Assembly (NCBI GenBank): GCA_031291875.1
Contig: JARLIE010000236.1
Location: forward strand, 1 to 50,260
DNA length: 50,260 nt
Direction: 5' to 3'
From: Minisyncoccota bacterium
GTDB taxonomy: Bacteria > Patescibacteriota > Minisyncoccia > Phycocordibacterales > UBA2100
Numbering within the stretch: position 1 is the stretch's first letter; each line of letters begins with the position of its first letter. Below, one piece after another: positions 1-7,873 of the stretch. Both the position numbers and the translations under genes were made by a program. The notes under the pieces are model-generated. The model was not told the origin of the DNA. It worked only from the letters and a program-made list of their open reading frames with translations, and did no database searches.

Positions 1-344
1 ACGCCGGGTATGCGCACCTCAAGATGCCTTCGACCGAAATCCGTCGCGTCATCGACACTGCATGGGCGAGCGTCGGGGAGGCTTCCAATCCTGAATACAA
101 CCTCCAGAATCTCGGTAAGGCAGGCCGCTCGCGTCACCTCGGCATTCGTCCGACCGTCCGCGGTACGGCAATGAACCCGGTCGACCACCCGCACGGTGGT
201 GGTGAAGGTCGCCAGGGCCGTGGTCTTCGTCGCGCCAAGTCCATGTGGGGCAAACCCACGGGCAAGGGTCAGAAGACTCGCCTTCCGAAGAAGTACTCCA
301 ACGTCTACATCGTCACTCGACGCAAAGTCGGCAAACGCAAATAA
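1..344 (+). CDS. rplB: 50S ribosomal protein L2 (uL2), C-terminal part; 5' end outside window
   Basis: Frame is open from the window edge. DHPHGGGEGR...GKPTGKGQKTR C-terminal uL2 motif. Followed by S19-L22-S3 in canonical order. Confidence 0.95.
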   Translation, partial: AGYAHLKMPSTEIRRVIDTAWASVGEASNPEYNLQNLGKAGRSRHLGIRPTVRGTAMNPVDHPHGGGEGRQGRGLRRAKSMWGKPTGKGQKTRLPKKYSNVYIVTRRKVGKRK

Positions 345-373
345 GAAAAGCCCCGGGAAACCGGGGCTTTTTT
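345..373. terminator. Bidirectional rho-independent terminator (GCCCCGG-GAAA-CCGGGGC with A-tract before and T-tract after)
   Basis: Perfect 7-bp GC stem 350-356/361-367 and T6 at 368-373. Lies between the convergent rplB and the antisense ORF 385..684. Confidence 0.85.
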
Positions 374-384
374 CGTCTATGGGC

Positions 385-684
385 CTAGTCGCGCACTCCC
401 TGAATGCGCTCGTGCATTCTACGCATACTCCTTTCCATCTTGCGAAGACGGCAGAATCTTCTGCGCATTTGTTTCATCAGCTTTCGGTTGAAGCCGCGCG
501 GGTTATTTTCGCGCACCGCCTCAAAGATCAGGTCGATACCGCCCATTTCTTCGATAGGCTTCCGTGCGCTATCCACCCTCCTTTGGTGTAGATAATGTAT
601 CGTTCTGCCGATCGAGCCGCGCAGCTGTTTTTCGGGTGTATCAGTCCTTTTATCGAAGGGAAACTCCTCGATTTTCGCGATCAT
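385..684 (-). CDS. Hypothetical 99-aa protein with a very basic R/K/M-rich C-terminus, antisense inside the r-protein operon
   Basis: AAGGAGG Shine-Dalgarno (691-697 on +) 6 nt upstream of the ATG at 684. Shared terminator downstream. No family recognised. Confidence 0.7.
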   Translation of the reverse strand: MIAKIEEFPFDKRTDTPEKQLRGSIGRTIHYLHQRRVDSARKPIEEMGGIDLIFEAVRENNPRGFNRKLMKQMRRRFCRLRKMERSMRRMHERIQGVRD

Positions 685-772
685 GTCAAACCTCCTTAGC
701 TAGCCGTATTAGACCATAAGTAACATTGTCTGCAACACGACCTTCAATTCTTCCAGGAATTACGAAAAGAAT

Positions 773-801
773 TTGACACCCGAGTCCGGTTCGTATACAT
801 T
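773..801 (+). promoter_or_regulatory. Sigma70-type promoter for the rpsS unit (TTGACA-17-TACATT)
   Basis: TTGACA at 773-778, 17-nt spacer, TACATT at 796-801. A 5' hairpin ACGCCC-AAG-GGGCGT plus TTT follows at 808-825. Confidence 0.6.
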
Positions 802-835
802 GTGCCCACGCCCAAGGGGCGTTTTACATTGCAAT

Positions 836-1171
836 ATGACTCGAAGTCTCAAAAAAGGTCCGTACGTGGACGAAAAGGTGATGAAAAAGGTCACCAAACG
901 CAAGCCGAATGACGGTGTCATCAAGATTTGGGCCCGTGCCAGTTCAATTGCTCCGGAAATGGTTGGTTACACGTTCGGTGTTCACAACGGCAAATCGCAC
1001 GAAGAGGTGCTCGTAACGGAAGATATGGTTGGTCACCGCTTTGGCGAATTTTCTCCGACGACCAAGTTCGTGAAGCACGGAGGTAAGATGCAGAAGGAGG
1101 CCGAACAGGCCGCAAAGCAGGCTGAAATCTCCGCCGCACAAGCTGCAAAAGGCACTGCTGCCAAGAAGTAA
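836..1171 (+). CDS. rpsS: 30S ribosomal protein S19 (uS19) with an Ala/Lys-rich C-terminal extension
   Basis: [12 protein letters not shown]... canonical uS19 N-terminus. The internal ATG at 836 was chosen over the ORF-track start at 773. Confidence 0.93.
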   Translation: MTRSLKKGPYVDEKVMKKVTKRKPNDGVIKIWARASSIAPEMVGYTFGVHNGKSHEEVLVTEDMVGHRFGEFSPTTKFVKHGGKMQKEAEQAAKQAEISAAQAAKGTAAKK

Positions 1172-1174
1172 TCT

Positions 1175-1558
1175 ATGAAAGCGACGCTCAAAAACTATCA
1201 TCAAGCGCCCCGCAAGGTTCGCCTCGTGGCGGATATGATCCGTGGCAAGTCGGTTCCGGCTGCGCGCGCCGCTTTGCTTTTCTTGCCCAAGAAATCGACA
1301 CCTGCTATTTCGAAATTGCTCGAATCTGCCGTCGCGAATTCTGGCGTTACGCCGGATTCTCTCTACATAAAGACGATCGCCGTCAACAAGGGCACCGTTA
1401 TGCGCCGCGCTCGTCCGTTTGCTCGAGGTCGAGCCGGAACCATCCGCAAGGCCATGTCCATCATTACGCTTGAGCTCGGCACCAACGCGACGCCTTCCAA
1501 GAAGAAAGCTCGCGCGAAGAAGACAACAGTCAAGAAGGTCAAAGCTGAAACAAAATAA
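1175..1558 (+). CDS. rplV: 50S ribosomal protein L22 (uL22)
   Basis: Operon position. ...PRKVRLVADMIRGKSV..A...L motif. Lys-rich tail. Confidence 0.93.
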   Translation: MKATLKNYHQAPRKVRLVADMIRGKSVPAARAALLFLPKKSTPAISKLLESAVANSGVTPDSLYIKTIAVNKGTVMRRARPFARGRAGTIRKAMSIITLELGTNATPSKKKARAKKTTVKKVKAETK

Positions 1559-1560
1559 CT

Positions 1561-2250
1561 ATGACACACACCGTACATCCATACGCACACCGCTTGGGCA
1601 TCATCCGCGACTGGAAGTCGCGCTGGTTTGCTAAGACGCCGGCCGAGTATCGCGCCAACGTCATCATCGACTCGACTATTCGTCGCTTCCTCAAGAAGCG
1701 CCTGCGCGGCATGTATGTCACGTCTGTTGAGATCGAGCGTTCCCAGAATTCAATCCGCATGATCATCAAGACCTCTCGCCCGGGTCTCGTCATTGGCCGC
1801 GGCGGGGAAGGTTCTCAGAAGCTCGCGAAAGAGATCGAAGAGGTCATCCGCAAGATCAAGGGTCTTGCTGCTCCTGCTCCGAAACTCTCCGTAAAGCTCG
1901 ACATCGAAGAGGTTCGTTCACCTGAAGCCCAAGCACCGGTCGTCGCCTACATGGTTGCCGAAGGTTTGGAAAAGCGACAGACGTTCCGCCGCGTGCTCAA
2001 GCAGACTGTGGAGAAGGTCATGGCCAACCGCGACGTGCAGGGAGTTCGCATCGCGATCTCCGGTCGTCTCGGCGGCGCCGAAATGTCTCGTCAGGAAGAA
2101 ATCAAACGCGGTCGCGTACCGCTGCAAACACTCCGTGCCGACATCGACTTCGCTCGCGAGATCGCGTATCTTCCCTACGGTGTCATTGGCGTAAAGGTCT
2201 GGATCTATCGTGGCGAAATCTTCGACCGCGAAAAAGAAAATCGCGCATAA
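1561..2250 (+). CDS. rpsC: 30S ribosomal protein S3 (uS3)
   Basis: HPYAHRLGI..DW.SRWFA start, KH-domain GRGG motif, operon position. Confidence 0.95.
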   Translation: MTHTVHPYAHRLGIIRDWKSRWFAKTPAEYRANVIIDSTIRRFLKKRLRGMYVTSVEIERSQNSIRMIIKTSRPGLVIGRGGEGSQKLAKEIEEVIRKIKGLAAPAPKLSVKLDIEEVRSPEAQAPVVAYMVAEGLEKRQTFRRVLKQTVEKVMANRDVQGVRIAISGRLGGAEMSRQEEIKRGRVPLQTLRADIDFAREIAYLPYGVIGVKVWIYRGEIFDREKENRA

Positions 2251-2256
2251 ACAAGT

Positions 2257-2679
2257 ATGTTGGCACCTAAGAAAACAAAACATCGCAAGTGGCAGGTCGG
2301 ACGCCGACAAGGCGCTCGCCGCACGAAACCGGAGACCCGCGGCATCACTGTTGCCTTTGGTACCTTTGGTCTCAAAGCCACAACTCAGGCTCGCGTCACT
2401 TCCAACCAGATCGAAGCGGCTCGCCGAGCACTCGTACGCGCGGCAGGCAAGAGCGCCAAGGTATGGGTACGCATTTTCCCGGACCGCCCGTTCACCAAGA
2501 AGCCGTCAGAAGTACGCATGGGTTCCGGAAAGGGTGATGTCCAGGGCTACGTTATGGACGTCCGCCCGGGCCGCGTGCTCTTTGAGGTTGACGGAGCACC
2601 GGAGGCAATGGCTCGCGAAGCGCTTCGCAAGGCAAACACCAAACTTCCGCTCAAGGGCAAGGTGATTGCGCGTGAATAA
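2257..2679 (+). CDS. rplP: 50S ribosomal protein L16 (uL16)
   Basis: MLAPKKTKHRK...RMGSGKG motif. Confidence 0.95.
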   Translation: MLAPKKTKHRKWQVGRRQGARRTKPETRGITVAFGTFGLKATTQARVTSNQIEAARRALVRAAGKSAKVWVRIFPDRPFTKKPSEVRMGSGKGDVQGYVMDVRPGRVLFEVDGAPEAMAREALRKANTKLPLKGKVIARE

Positions 2680-2686
2680 AAACTAT

Positions 2687-2884
2687 ATGGCAAACTCTTT
2701 CAAAAAACAGGAAACAAGCGAATTGAAGAAGGCGCTTGCAGACAAGCGTGAGGCACTTCGATCGTTCCGCTTTGGCGGAGCGGGGAGTCGTAACCGCAAC
2801 GTCCGCGAGGGTCGTAATCTCCGAAAAGAAATCGCTCAAATTCTCACCGTGTTGCGCGAAAGCGAACTTTCGACTACAAAGTAA
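2687..2884 (+). CDS. rpmC: 50S ribosomal protein L29 (uL29)
   Basis: Operon position and size. ...ELKK.L.DKREAL..FRF motif. The ATG at 2687 avoids overlap with rplP. Confidence 0.85.
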   Translation: MANSFKKQETSELKKALADKREALRSFRFGGAGSRNRNVREGRNLRKEIAQILTVLRESELSTTK

Positions 2885-2893
2885 TCTCTCACT

Positions 2894-3172
2894 ATGGAAG
2901 CAAAATCAACAACAGGGAAGACATTTGAGGGCATCGTCGTAAAATCGGCGATGAAGGACACCGTTACGGTGGAGGTCCAGCGCTACGAAAAACACCCGAA
3001 ATACAAGAAGTACATCCGCCGCACCAAGAAGTTCCTCGTCCACAACCCGGGCAACTCTGTCCAGGTAGGCGACAGGGTAACAATTCGCGAAACTCGACCG
3101 ATCTCGAAGCTCAAGCGCTTTGTCATTGCTTCCCGTGTCGCAAAGCCTGAAGAGACTACCGAGTCCAACTAA
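2894..3172 (+). CDS. rpsQ: 30S ribosomal protein S17 (uS17)
   Basis: GIVVKSAMKDTVTVEV.R...HPKYKKY motif. Confidence 0.93.
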   Translation: MEAKSTTGKTFEGIVVKSAMKDTVTVEVQRYEKHPKYKKYIRRTKKFLVHNPGNSVQVGDRVTIRETRPISKLKRFVIASRVAKPEETTESN

Positions 3173-3176
3173 CCAT

Positions 3177-3557
3177 ATGATTCACGACCGAACACTCGTA
3201 AAAATTGCAGACAACTCCGGCGGTCAGATCGGACGTGTCTTCAAAGTCCTTGGCGGCTCAAAGCGTCGCTACGCCGGGATTGGCGATCAGGTCATCATCT
3301 CGATCCAGACCGCGCAGCCACGCAAGGCCGTCAAGAAGAAGGAGGTGCACAAGGCTGTTGTCGTCCGCACCAAGAATGCCCTTCGCCGCAAAGATGGCTC
3401 GTACATCCGCTTTGACGAAAACGCCGTCGTTTTGATCACTGGCTCTGGTAAGGAACCAAAAGAGCCGAAGGCAAACCGCGTTTTCGGTCCGATTCCCCGC
3501 GAAGTGGTCGAGGCTGGCTATCAGAAAATCGGTTCGCTTGCGCCGGAAGTCGTCTAA
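3177..3557 (+). CDS. rplN: 50S ribosomal protein L14 (uL14)
   Basis: MIHDRTLVKIADNSGG canonical start. ATG at 3177 inside the longer ORF 3120. Confidence 0.95.
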   Translation: MIHDRTLVKIADNSGGQIGRVFKVLGGSKRRYAGIGDQVIISIQTAQPRKAVKKKEVHKAVVVRTKNALRRKDGSYIRFDENAVVLITGSGKEPKEPKANRVFGPIPREVVEAGYQKIGSLAPEVV

Positions 3558-3563
3558 ATCTAT

Positions 3564-3869
3564 ATGAAACTCAAAAAAGGAGACAAGGTAGTAGTTATCG
3601 CGGGCAAGGAGAAGGGCCGCACGGGCACCATTGTTCGCGTGATCCCGGCCACCAACCAGATCGTGCTCGACAAGATGAATCTTGCAAAGAAGCACCGCCG
3701 CGCAACCCGTGCAGGCACCAAAGGCCAAATCATCGAGATCGCGATGCCAATCCACGCATCCAATGCGATGATCGCCGACCCGAAGACAGGCAAGCCGACC
3801 CGTATTAAGATCACCCGCAAAGATGGCAACCGAGTCCGCGTTGCCCAGAAGAGCGGTCAAGAAATGTAA
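3564..3869 (+). CDS. rplX: 50S ribosomal protein L24 (uL24)
   Basis: MKLKKGDKVVVIAGKEKG KOW motif. Confidence 0.93.
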   Translation: MKLKKGDKVVVIAGKEKGRTGTIVRVIPATNQIVLDKMNLAKKHRRATRAGTKGQIIEIAMPIHASNAMIADPKTGKPTRIKITRKDGNRVRVAQKSGQEM

Positions 3870-3873
3870 TTGT

Positions 3874-4413
3874 ATGAACGCAGTAGCAACACAATCTAAG
3901 ACATTCGAAGCCCTCAAGGGTGAGTTCGGCTACACTTCGCCGATGCAGGCCCCGAAGGTCGTCAAAGTTGTCGTCTCAACGGGCGTTGGCAAGGTCAACA
4001 AAGATAAGAAGCGTTTGCAACTCATCGAGGATCGCCTCTCGCGCATCACCGGCCAATTTGCTGCACAGCGCGCCGCTAAGAAAGCGATCGCCAACTTCAA
4101 GTCCCGCACCGGCGACATCGTCGGCTACCAGGTAACGCTTCGCGGCAAGCGTGCTGAGGACTTCCTTTCGAAGCTCATCAACATTGTGCTTCCTCGCGTG
4201 AAGGACTTCCGCGGTCTCAATGCAAAGGCGATCGACGAGATGGGCAACATCACGATAGGTATCAAAGAACAGACAGTCTTCCCGGAAACGGCGGACGAAG
4301 ATTCGAAGGACGTTTTCGGCATGGCAATCACGATCACTACGACCGCTAAGGACAAGAAAGAAGCTGAAAGTTTCTTGCGCCACATCGGCCTGCCGCTTCG
4401 AGAAAATAAATAA
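3874..4413 (+). CDS. rplE: 50S ribosomal protein L5 (uL5)
   Basis: ...PKVVKVVVSTGVG...FRG... motifs. ATG at 3874 inside ORF 3823. Confidence 0.93.
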   Translation: MNAVATQSKTFEALKGEFGYTSPMQAPKVVKVVVSTGVGKVNKDKKRLQLIEDRLSRITGQFAAQRAAKKAIANFKSRTGDIVGYQVTLRGKRAEDFLSKLINIVLPRVKDFRGLNAKAIDEMGNITIGIKEQTVFPETADEDSKDVFGMAITITTTAKDKKEAESFLRHIGLPLRENK

Positions 4414-4416
4414 CGA

Positions 4417-4443
4417 AAGGCCCGCCCAAAAGGCGGGTTTTTT
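4417..4443 (+). terminator. Rho-independent terminator after rplE
   Basis: CCCGCC (4421-26) / GGCGGG (4432-37) stem followed by T6. Confidence 0.8.
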
Positions 4444-4457
4444 GCTAGGATACACCT

Positions 4458-5147
4458 ATGGATAGACACCGAGAATTCTGGAATAGGGAATACCAAACGA
4501 GCGAACATCTCGCGCTTTCGAGCGCGCCGGCAGAAGATCTTCAGAAGTTTGTTCGCTTCCTGGAGCGTCGTACAAAGCACGAGCTCTTGAATCCTCGAAC
4601 CAAAGTTCTCGATTTGGGTTGTGGCAATGGCCGTAACCTCATTTACTTGGCTGAATCATTCGGCATGCGTGGTACCGGTTATGACATCTCCAATGTCGCG
4701 ATCCAGGAAGCCGAACGTGCGTCCAAGGACCTGCCGATCCAATACGAAGTGCGCTCGATCGTAGAGCCTTTGCCACAACCGGATGAGTCCATCAACATCG
4801 TGCTCGACATGATGACCTCTCACTTCCTCAAGAAAGCGGAACGCGAAAAGCTTCGAGAGGAAATCGTACGCGTCCTTCGAACGACGGGGTGGTTCTTTTT
4901 CAAGTCTTTTCTTGCAGAAGAAGATCTCAACGTAAAGCGCCTTCTTCGCGAGCACCCGGCCGACGAAGAGAATTCCTATATCCATCCCGAATTGGGAGTC
5001 TACGAGCACGTCTGGACCGAAGACGAAATCCACGAATTCTTTGGGCCGTACTTTGATATTCATAAGGTCCATAAGTCACACAAACACCTCAAGCGTGGCC
5101 GCGCAGGGAAACGCCGAACAATTTCAGCTTACTTGCAGAAGCTCTAA
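4458..5147 (+). CDS. Class I SAM-dependent methyltransferase inserted between rplE and rpsN
   Basis: Motif I VLDLGCGNGRN. Acidic motif II/post-I pattern. Own TGcTAGGAT -10 box 6 nt upstream of the ATG. Confidence 0.8.
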   Translation: MDRHREFWNREYQTSEHLALSSAPAEDLQKFVRFLERRTKHELLNPRTKVLDLGCGNGRNLIYLAESFGMRGTGYDISNVAIQEAERASKDLPIQYEVRSIVEPLPQPDESINIVLDMMTSHFLKKAEREKLREEIVRVLRTTGWFFFKSFLAEEDLNVKRLLREHPADEENSYIHPELGVYEHVWTEDEIHEFFGPYFDIHKVHKSHKHLKRGRAGKRRTISAYLQKL

Positions 5148-5171
5148 AAACGAGGCCACCCAATGGGTGGC
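5144..5171 (-). terminator. Hairpin shared by convergent genes; the T-tract is on the minus strand only
   Basis: GGCCACCC-AAT-GGGTGGCC (5153-5171). On the minus strand it is followed by TCGTTTTT. Confidence 0.65.
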
Positions 5172-5180
5172 CTGAGTCAG

Positions 5181-5492
5181 TCATGGGCGTCGCTCTCTAT
5201 TTCGCGCTCTCGTGGTCCATTTTGCCAACGTGGTTCTACTGATCCCGATGGCATCCGCAGTCTGCTTCTGGTTCCCCCCGTGAGCTTGTACGGCGAGCTC
5301 GAAGTAATCGGTCATGACTTCTGTGAGGCGGCGCAGGCGTCCATGCTTGTCCATGATGGGAATTGCCAAGTTAAATTTCGGTATTTTTGAGACGTCGACA
5401 GTTACGATGAGCGAAACGGTAGGGTGCTCTGGGTCGACCGATGCCTTCACTTGAAGCATATCGGGACTCAAATCTCGCACAAGCGTATTCAT
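5181..5492 (-). CDS. Small DNA-binding protein with a C-terminal Fis/NtrC-type HTH (HTH_8-like)
   Basis: ...GGNQKQTADAIGISRTTLAKW... HTH. GGAGA Shine-Dalgarno 7 nt upstream of the ATG at 5492 (internal to ORF 5181..5537). Confidence 0.65.
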   Translation of the reverse strand: MNTLVRDLSPDMLQVKASVDPEHPTVSLIVTVDVSKIPKFNLAIPIMDKHGRLRRLTEVMTDYFELAVQAHGGNQKQTADAIGISRTTLAKWTTRARNRERRP

Positions 5493-5594
5493 AGGTTTTT
5501 CTCCATCCAGTACCGGTAGCTCGCTGCATATAATCACTTGTGACAGCTAAGGACAAGGCACTATCGAGGTTTGCTGTGATGTAGTAGGTCGAGT

Positions 5595-5623
5595 TTGACT
5601 TTAGAAGTCATGTCGCGTATATT
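5595..5623 (+). promoter_or_regulatory. Sigma70 promoter for the rpsN-...-map unit (TTGACT-17-TATATT)
   Basis: TTGACT at 5595-5600, exact 17-nt spacer, TATATT at 5618-5623. About 130 nt of leader follows. Confidence 0.7.
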
Positions 5624-5760
5624 GCCCAAGCCTCGTAGGGGGTCCTGTCTTACCCGAAGTTAATTGAGGGATTCAGGATCACGAACGGGAACGCCGTAAT
5701 CTAGGCCGTAAGGCCTCGATGCAAGCGCCCGAACTACTCCTTCGCGGCCATTCACAATAC

Positions 5761-5946
5761 ATGGCTAAAAAGTCAATGATCGTAAAGTCGCAAAAGACCC
5801 CGAAGTTCTCTTCGAGGACTGTTCGCCGTTGCCTCAAGTGCGGCCGACCTCGCGGCTTTATGCGCGATTTCAATTTGTGCCGCATCTGCTTCCGCGAGGA
5901 GGCGCTTGAGGGCAACATTCCGGGTGTTAAGAAATCTTCTTGGTAA
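5761..5946 (+). CDS. rpsN: 30S ribosomal protein S14, zinc-binding type Z (61 aa)
   Basis: MAKKSMIVK...CxxC-x12-CxxC (CLKCGRP...CRIC)...W end. Confidence 0.93.
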   Translation: MAKKSMIVKSQKTPKFSSRTVRRCLKCGRPRGFMRDFNLCRICFREEALEGNIPGVKKSSW

Positions 5947-5950
5947 ATTT

Positions 5951-6346
5951 ATGGTAAACGATCCTGTCGGTGATTTGTTGGTACGTCTCAAGAACGCGGG
6001 TGCGGTCAAGAAGACGACTGTTTCTATACCGTTTTCGGCGTTCAAGATGGCCATCGCCGAAAAATTGAAGGACACTGGTTATATCGCCGGTATCGAGAAG
6101 AAAGGTAAGAAGGTCCGTAAGACCCTCGATATCGTCCTCAAGTACAACGAAGCCGGGATGCCCATCATCAACGGAACCCGCCGCATCTCGAAGCCGGGAC
6201 GCCGCATGTACCGCGCGGTCAACGAAATAACTCCTGTGCGCTACGGTCGCGGTTCACTCTTCCTCTCAACCCCCAAGGGCATCAAAACCGACAAGGAAGC
6301 GAAGAAAGAGAAGGTCGGCGGAGAAGCGCTCTTCGAAATTTGGTAA
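5951..6346 (+). CDS. rpsH: 30S ribosomal protein S8 (uS8)
   Basis: MVNDPVGDLLVRLKNA canonical start. Confidence 0.95.
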   Translation: MVNDPVGDLLVRLKNAGAVKKTTVSIPFSAFKMAIAEKLKDTGYIAGIEKKGKKVRKTLDIVLKYNEAGMPIINGTRRISKPGRRMYRAVNEITPVRYGRGSLFLSTPKGIKTDKEAKKEKVGGEALFEIW

Positions 6347-6350
6347 ACAT

Positions 6351-6893
6351 ATGTCACGCACCGGCAAACTTCCGATAAAAATCCCCGCAGGTACCGAAAT
6401 CTCGGTCGCTAGCGGCGAAATCACCGTCAAGGGCAAGGGCGGCACGCTTAAGCGCGCGATGCACCCTGCGGTAAAGATCGACATCGCAAACGGCGAAGCG
6501 ATCGTCACACAGGCACAGCCGACCCGCTTGGCACGAGCGCTTTGGGGCACCTACGCTGCGCACGTGCGCAACATGGTTTCCGGCGTAAACACACCGTTTC
6601 AAAAGAAGCTCGAAGTGCAGGGTATCGGTTATCGTGCTGAACTGACCGGCAAACAGATCAAGCTCTCGGTAGGTTTCTCGCACCCGGTTCTTATGGATAT
6701 TCCGGAAGGAGTCACCGTCGTTGTCGAGAAGAACATCATCACTGTTTCGGGAGCCGACAAAGACACGGTCGGGCAATTCGCTGCAACGATCCGCGCCGTC
6801 AAAAAGCCTGAACCGTACAAGGGGAAGGGCATCCGCTATGAGGGCGAGGTTGTCCGCCAGAAGCAGGGCAAGAAGGCCGCGTCTTCCGCATAA
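6351..6893 (+). CDS. rplF: 50S ribosomal protein L6 (uL6)
   Basis: MSRTGKLPIKIP.G motif and operon position. Confidence 0.95.
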   Translation: MSRTGKLPIKIPAGTEISVASGEITVKGKGGTLKRAMHPAVKIDIANGEAIVTQAQPTRLARALWGTYAAHVRNMVSGVNTPFQKKLEVQGIGYRAELTGKQIKLSVGFSHPVLMDIPEGVTVVVEKNIITVSGADKDTVGQFAATIRAVKKPEPYKGKGIRYEGEVVRQKQGKKAASSA

Positions 6894-6899
6894 AACACT

Positions 6900-7247
6900 A
6901 TGACTACCAACTCACGACAACTTAAAAGGCAGAACCGTCACAAGCGCGTACGCGCGAAGGTCATGGGCACCAGCGAGCGCCCGCGCCTTGCGGTCTACAA
7001 GTCCAACACAAGACTCGTCGCACAGATCATTAACGACGACGAGGGCCGCACGATTGTCGCCGTCTCTTCAGGAACGCAAAAGGGCAAAACTCCGCGCGAG
7101 CGCGCGCAGCAAGCTGCTGCAGCACTTGCTTCGAGCGCGAAGGAAAAGGGAGTTACCAAGGTCGTATTCGACCGCGGCGGCTTCCAGTACCTCGGCACCA
7201 TTAAGGCCTTTGCTGACGCGGCCCGCGAAGCAGGACTCGAATTTTAA
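6900..7247 (+). CDS. rplR: 50S ribosomal protein L18 (uL18)
   Basis: ...RPRLAVYKSN....AQIIDD...FDRGG..Y.G motif. Confidence 0.93.
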   Translation: MTTNSRQLKRQNRHKRVRAKVMGTSERPRLAVYKSNTRLVAQIINDDEGRTIVAVSSGTQKGKTPRERAQQAAAALASSAKEKGVTKVVFDRGGFQYLGTIKAFADAAREAGLEF

Positions 7248-7258
7248 TTCAACTATTT

Positions 7259-7870
7259 ATGGCAGACGAAACACAAAAAATCGAAGCACAGGTGGTCGCA
7301 CCGGCAGCTGCAGCAGTTCCCGCAGAAGAGCCTCGTGCATCGGAGCGCCGACCAGCGCGCGGACGCACAGACCAGCGTGGAGGTGATCGCGGAGGCCGCG
7401 GTCGCGGTGATCGCCGCGGCGGACCTCGCGATGCCGCTCGCAGTGAGTTTGCGCAAAAACTCATCGGCATCCGTCGCGTCGCTCGTGTTATGGCCGGTGG
7501 TCGCCGCTTCAATTTCTCTGCGGCGATCGTAATCGGAGACAAAAAGGGTCGCGTCGGCGTGGGCTTGGGCAAAGCAGCCGACACACAGCTCGCAATCGAG
7601 AAGGCGACTCGCGCCGCCCGCAAGGCCATGATCTCAGTTACGCTCACCAAGAACCGTTCTATCCCGCAAGACGTTTCTGCCAAATACTGCGCCTCGGAGG
7701 TCATCATTCGTCCTTCGGCTGGTCGCGGTCTCGTCGCCGGTTCCTCCGTTCGTACCGTTCTCGAGCTCGCAGGCGTCACCGACGTCACTGGCAAGCTTCT
7801 TTCGCGAAGCCACAATCAAGTCAATAACGCGCGCGCCGCTGTCGAGGCGCTCCGCCAAATTTCAAAATAA
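7259..7870 (+). CDS. rpsE: 30S ribosomal protein S5 (uS5) with an N-terminal RGG-rich extension of about 60 aa
   Basis: ...IGIRRVARVMAGGRRFNFSA..V.GD..G.VG.G.GKA motif. Confidence 0.93.
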   Translation: MADETQKIEAQVVAPAAAAVPAEEPRASERRPARGRTDQRGGDRGGRGRGDRRGGPRDAARSEFAQKLIGIRRVARVMAGGRRFNFSAAIVIGDKKGRVGVGLGKAADTQLAIEKATRAARKAMISVTLTKNRSIPQDVSAKYCASEVIIRPSAGRGLVAGSSVRTVLELAGVTDVTGKLLSRSHNQVNNARAAVEALRQISK

Positions 7871-7873
7871 TCT

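Noticed and set aside
773-835. N-terminal extensions given by the ORF track (e.g. 773, 3120, 3823, 5719, 5906, 9585, 10159, 14812, 17793, 24258..25559, 25583, 30788, 32375..35152)
   Set aside because: The upstream parts overlap preceding genes or promoters. They lack similarity to the conserved N-termini of the families. Internal ATGs matching canonical N-termini or leaderless -10 spacing were used instead.
3258-3917. 219-aa ORF on the minus strand across rplN/rplX/rplE
   Set aside because: It is antisense to three unmistakable ribosomal protein genes. It has a low-complexity, Ala/Arg/Leu-biased composition typical of shadow ORFs in GC-rich coding DNA. No SD or promoter was seen.
7249-7815. 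188-aa minus-strand ORF opposite rpsE
   Set aside because: It is antisense to uS5. Its Arg/Pro/Ala-rich content mirrors the RGG-coding region.
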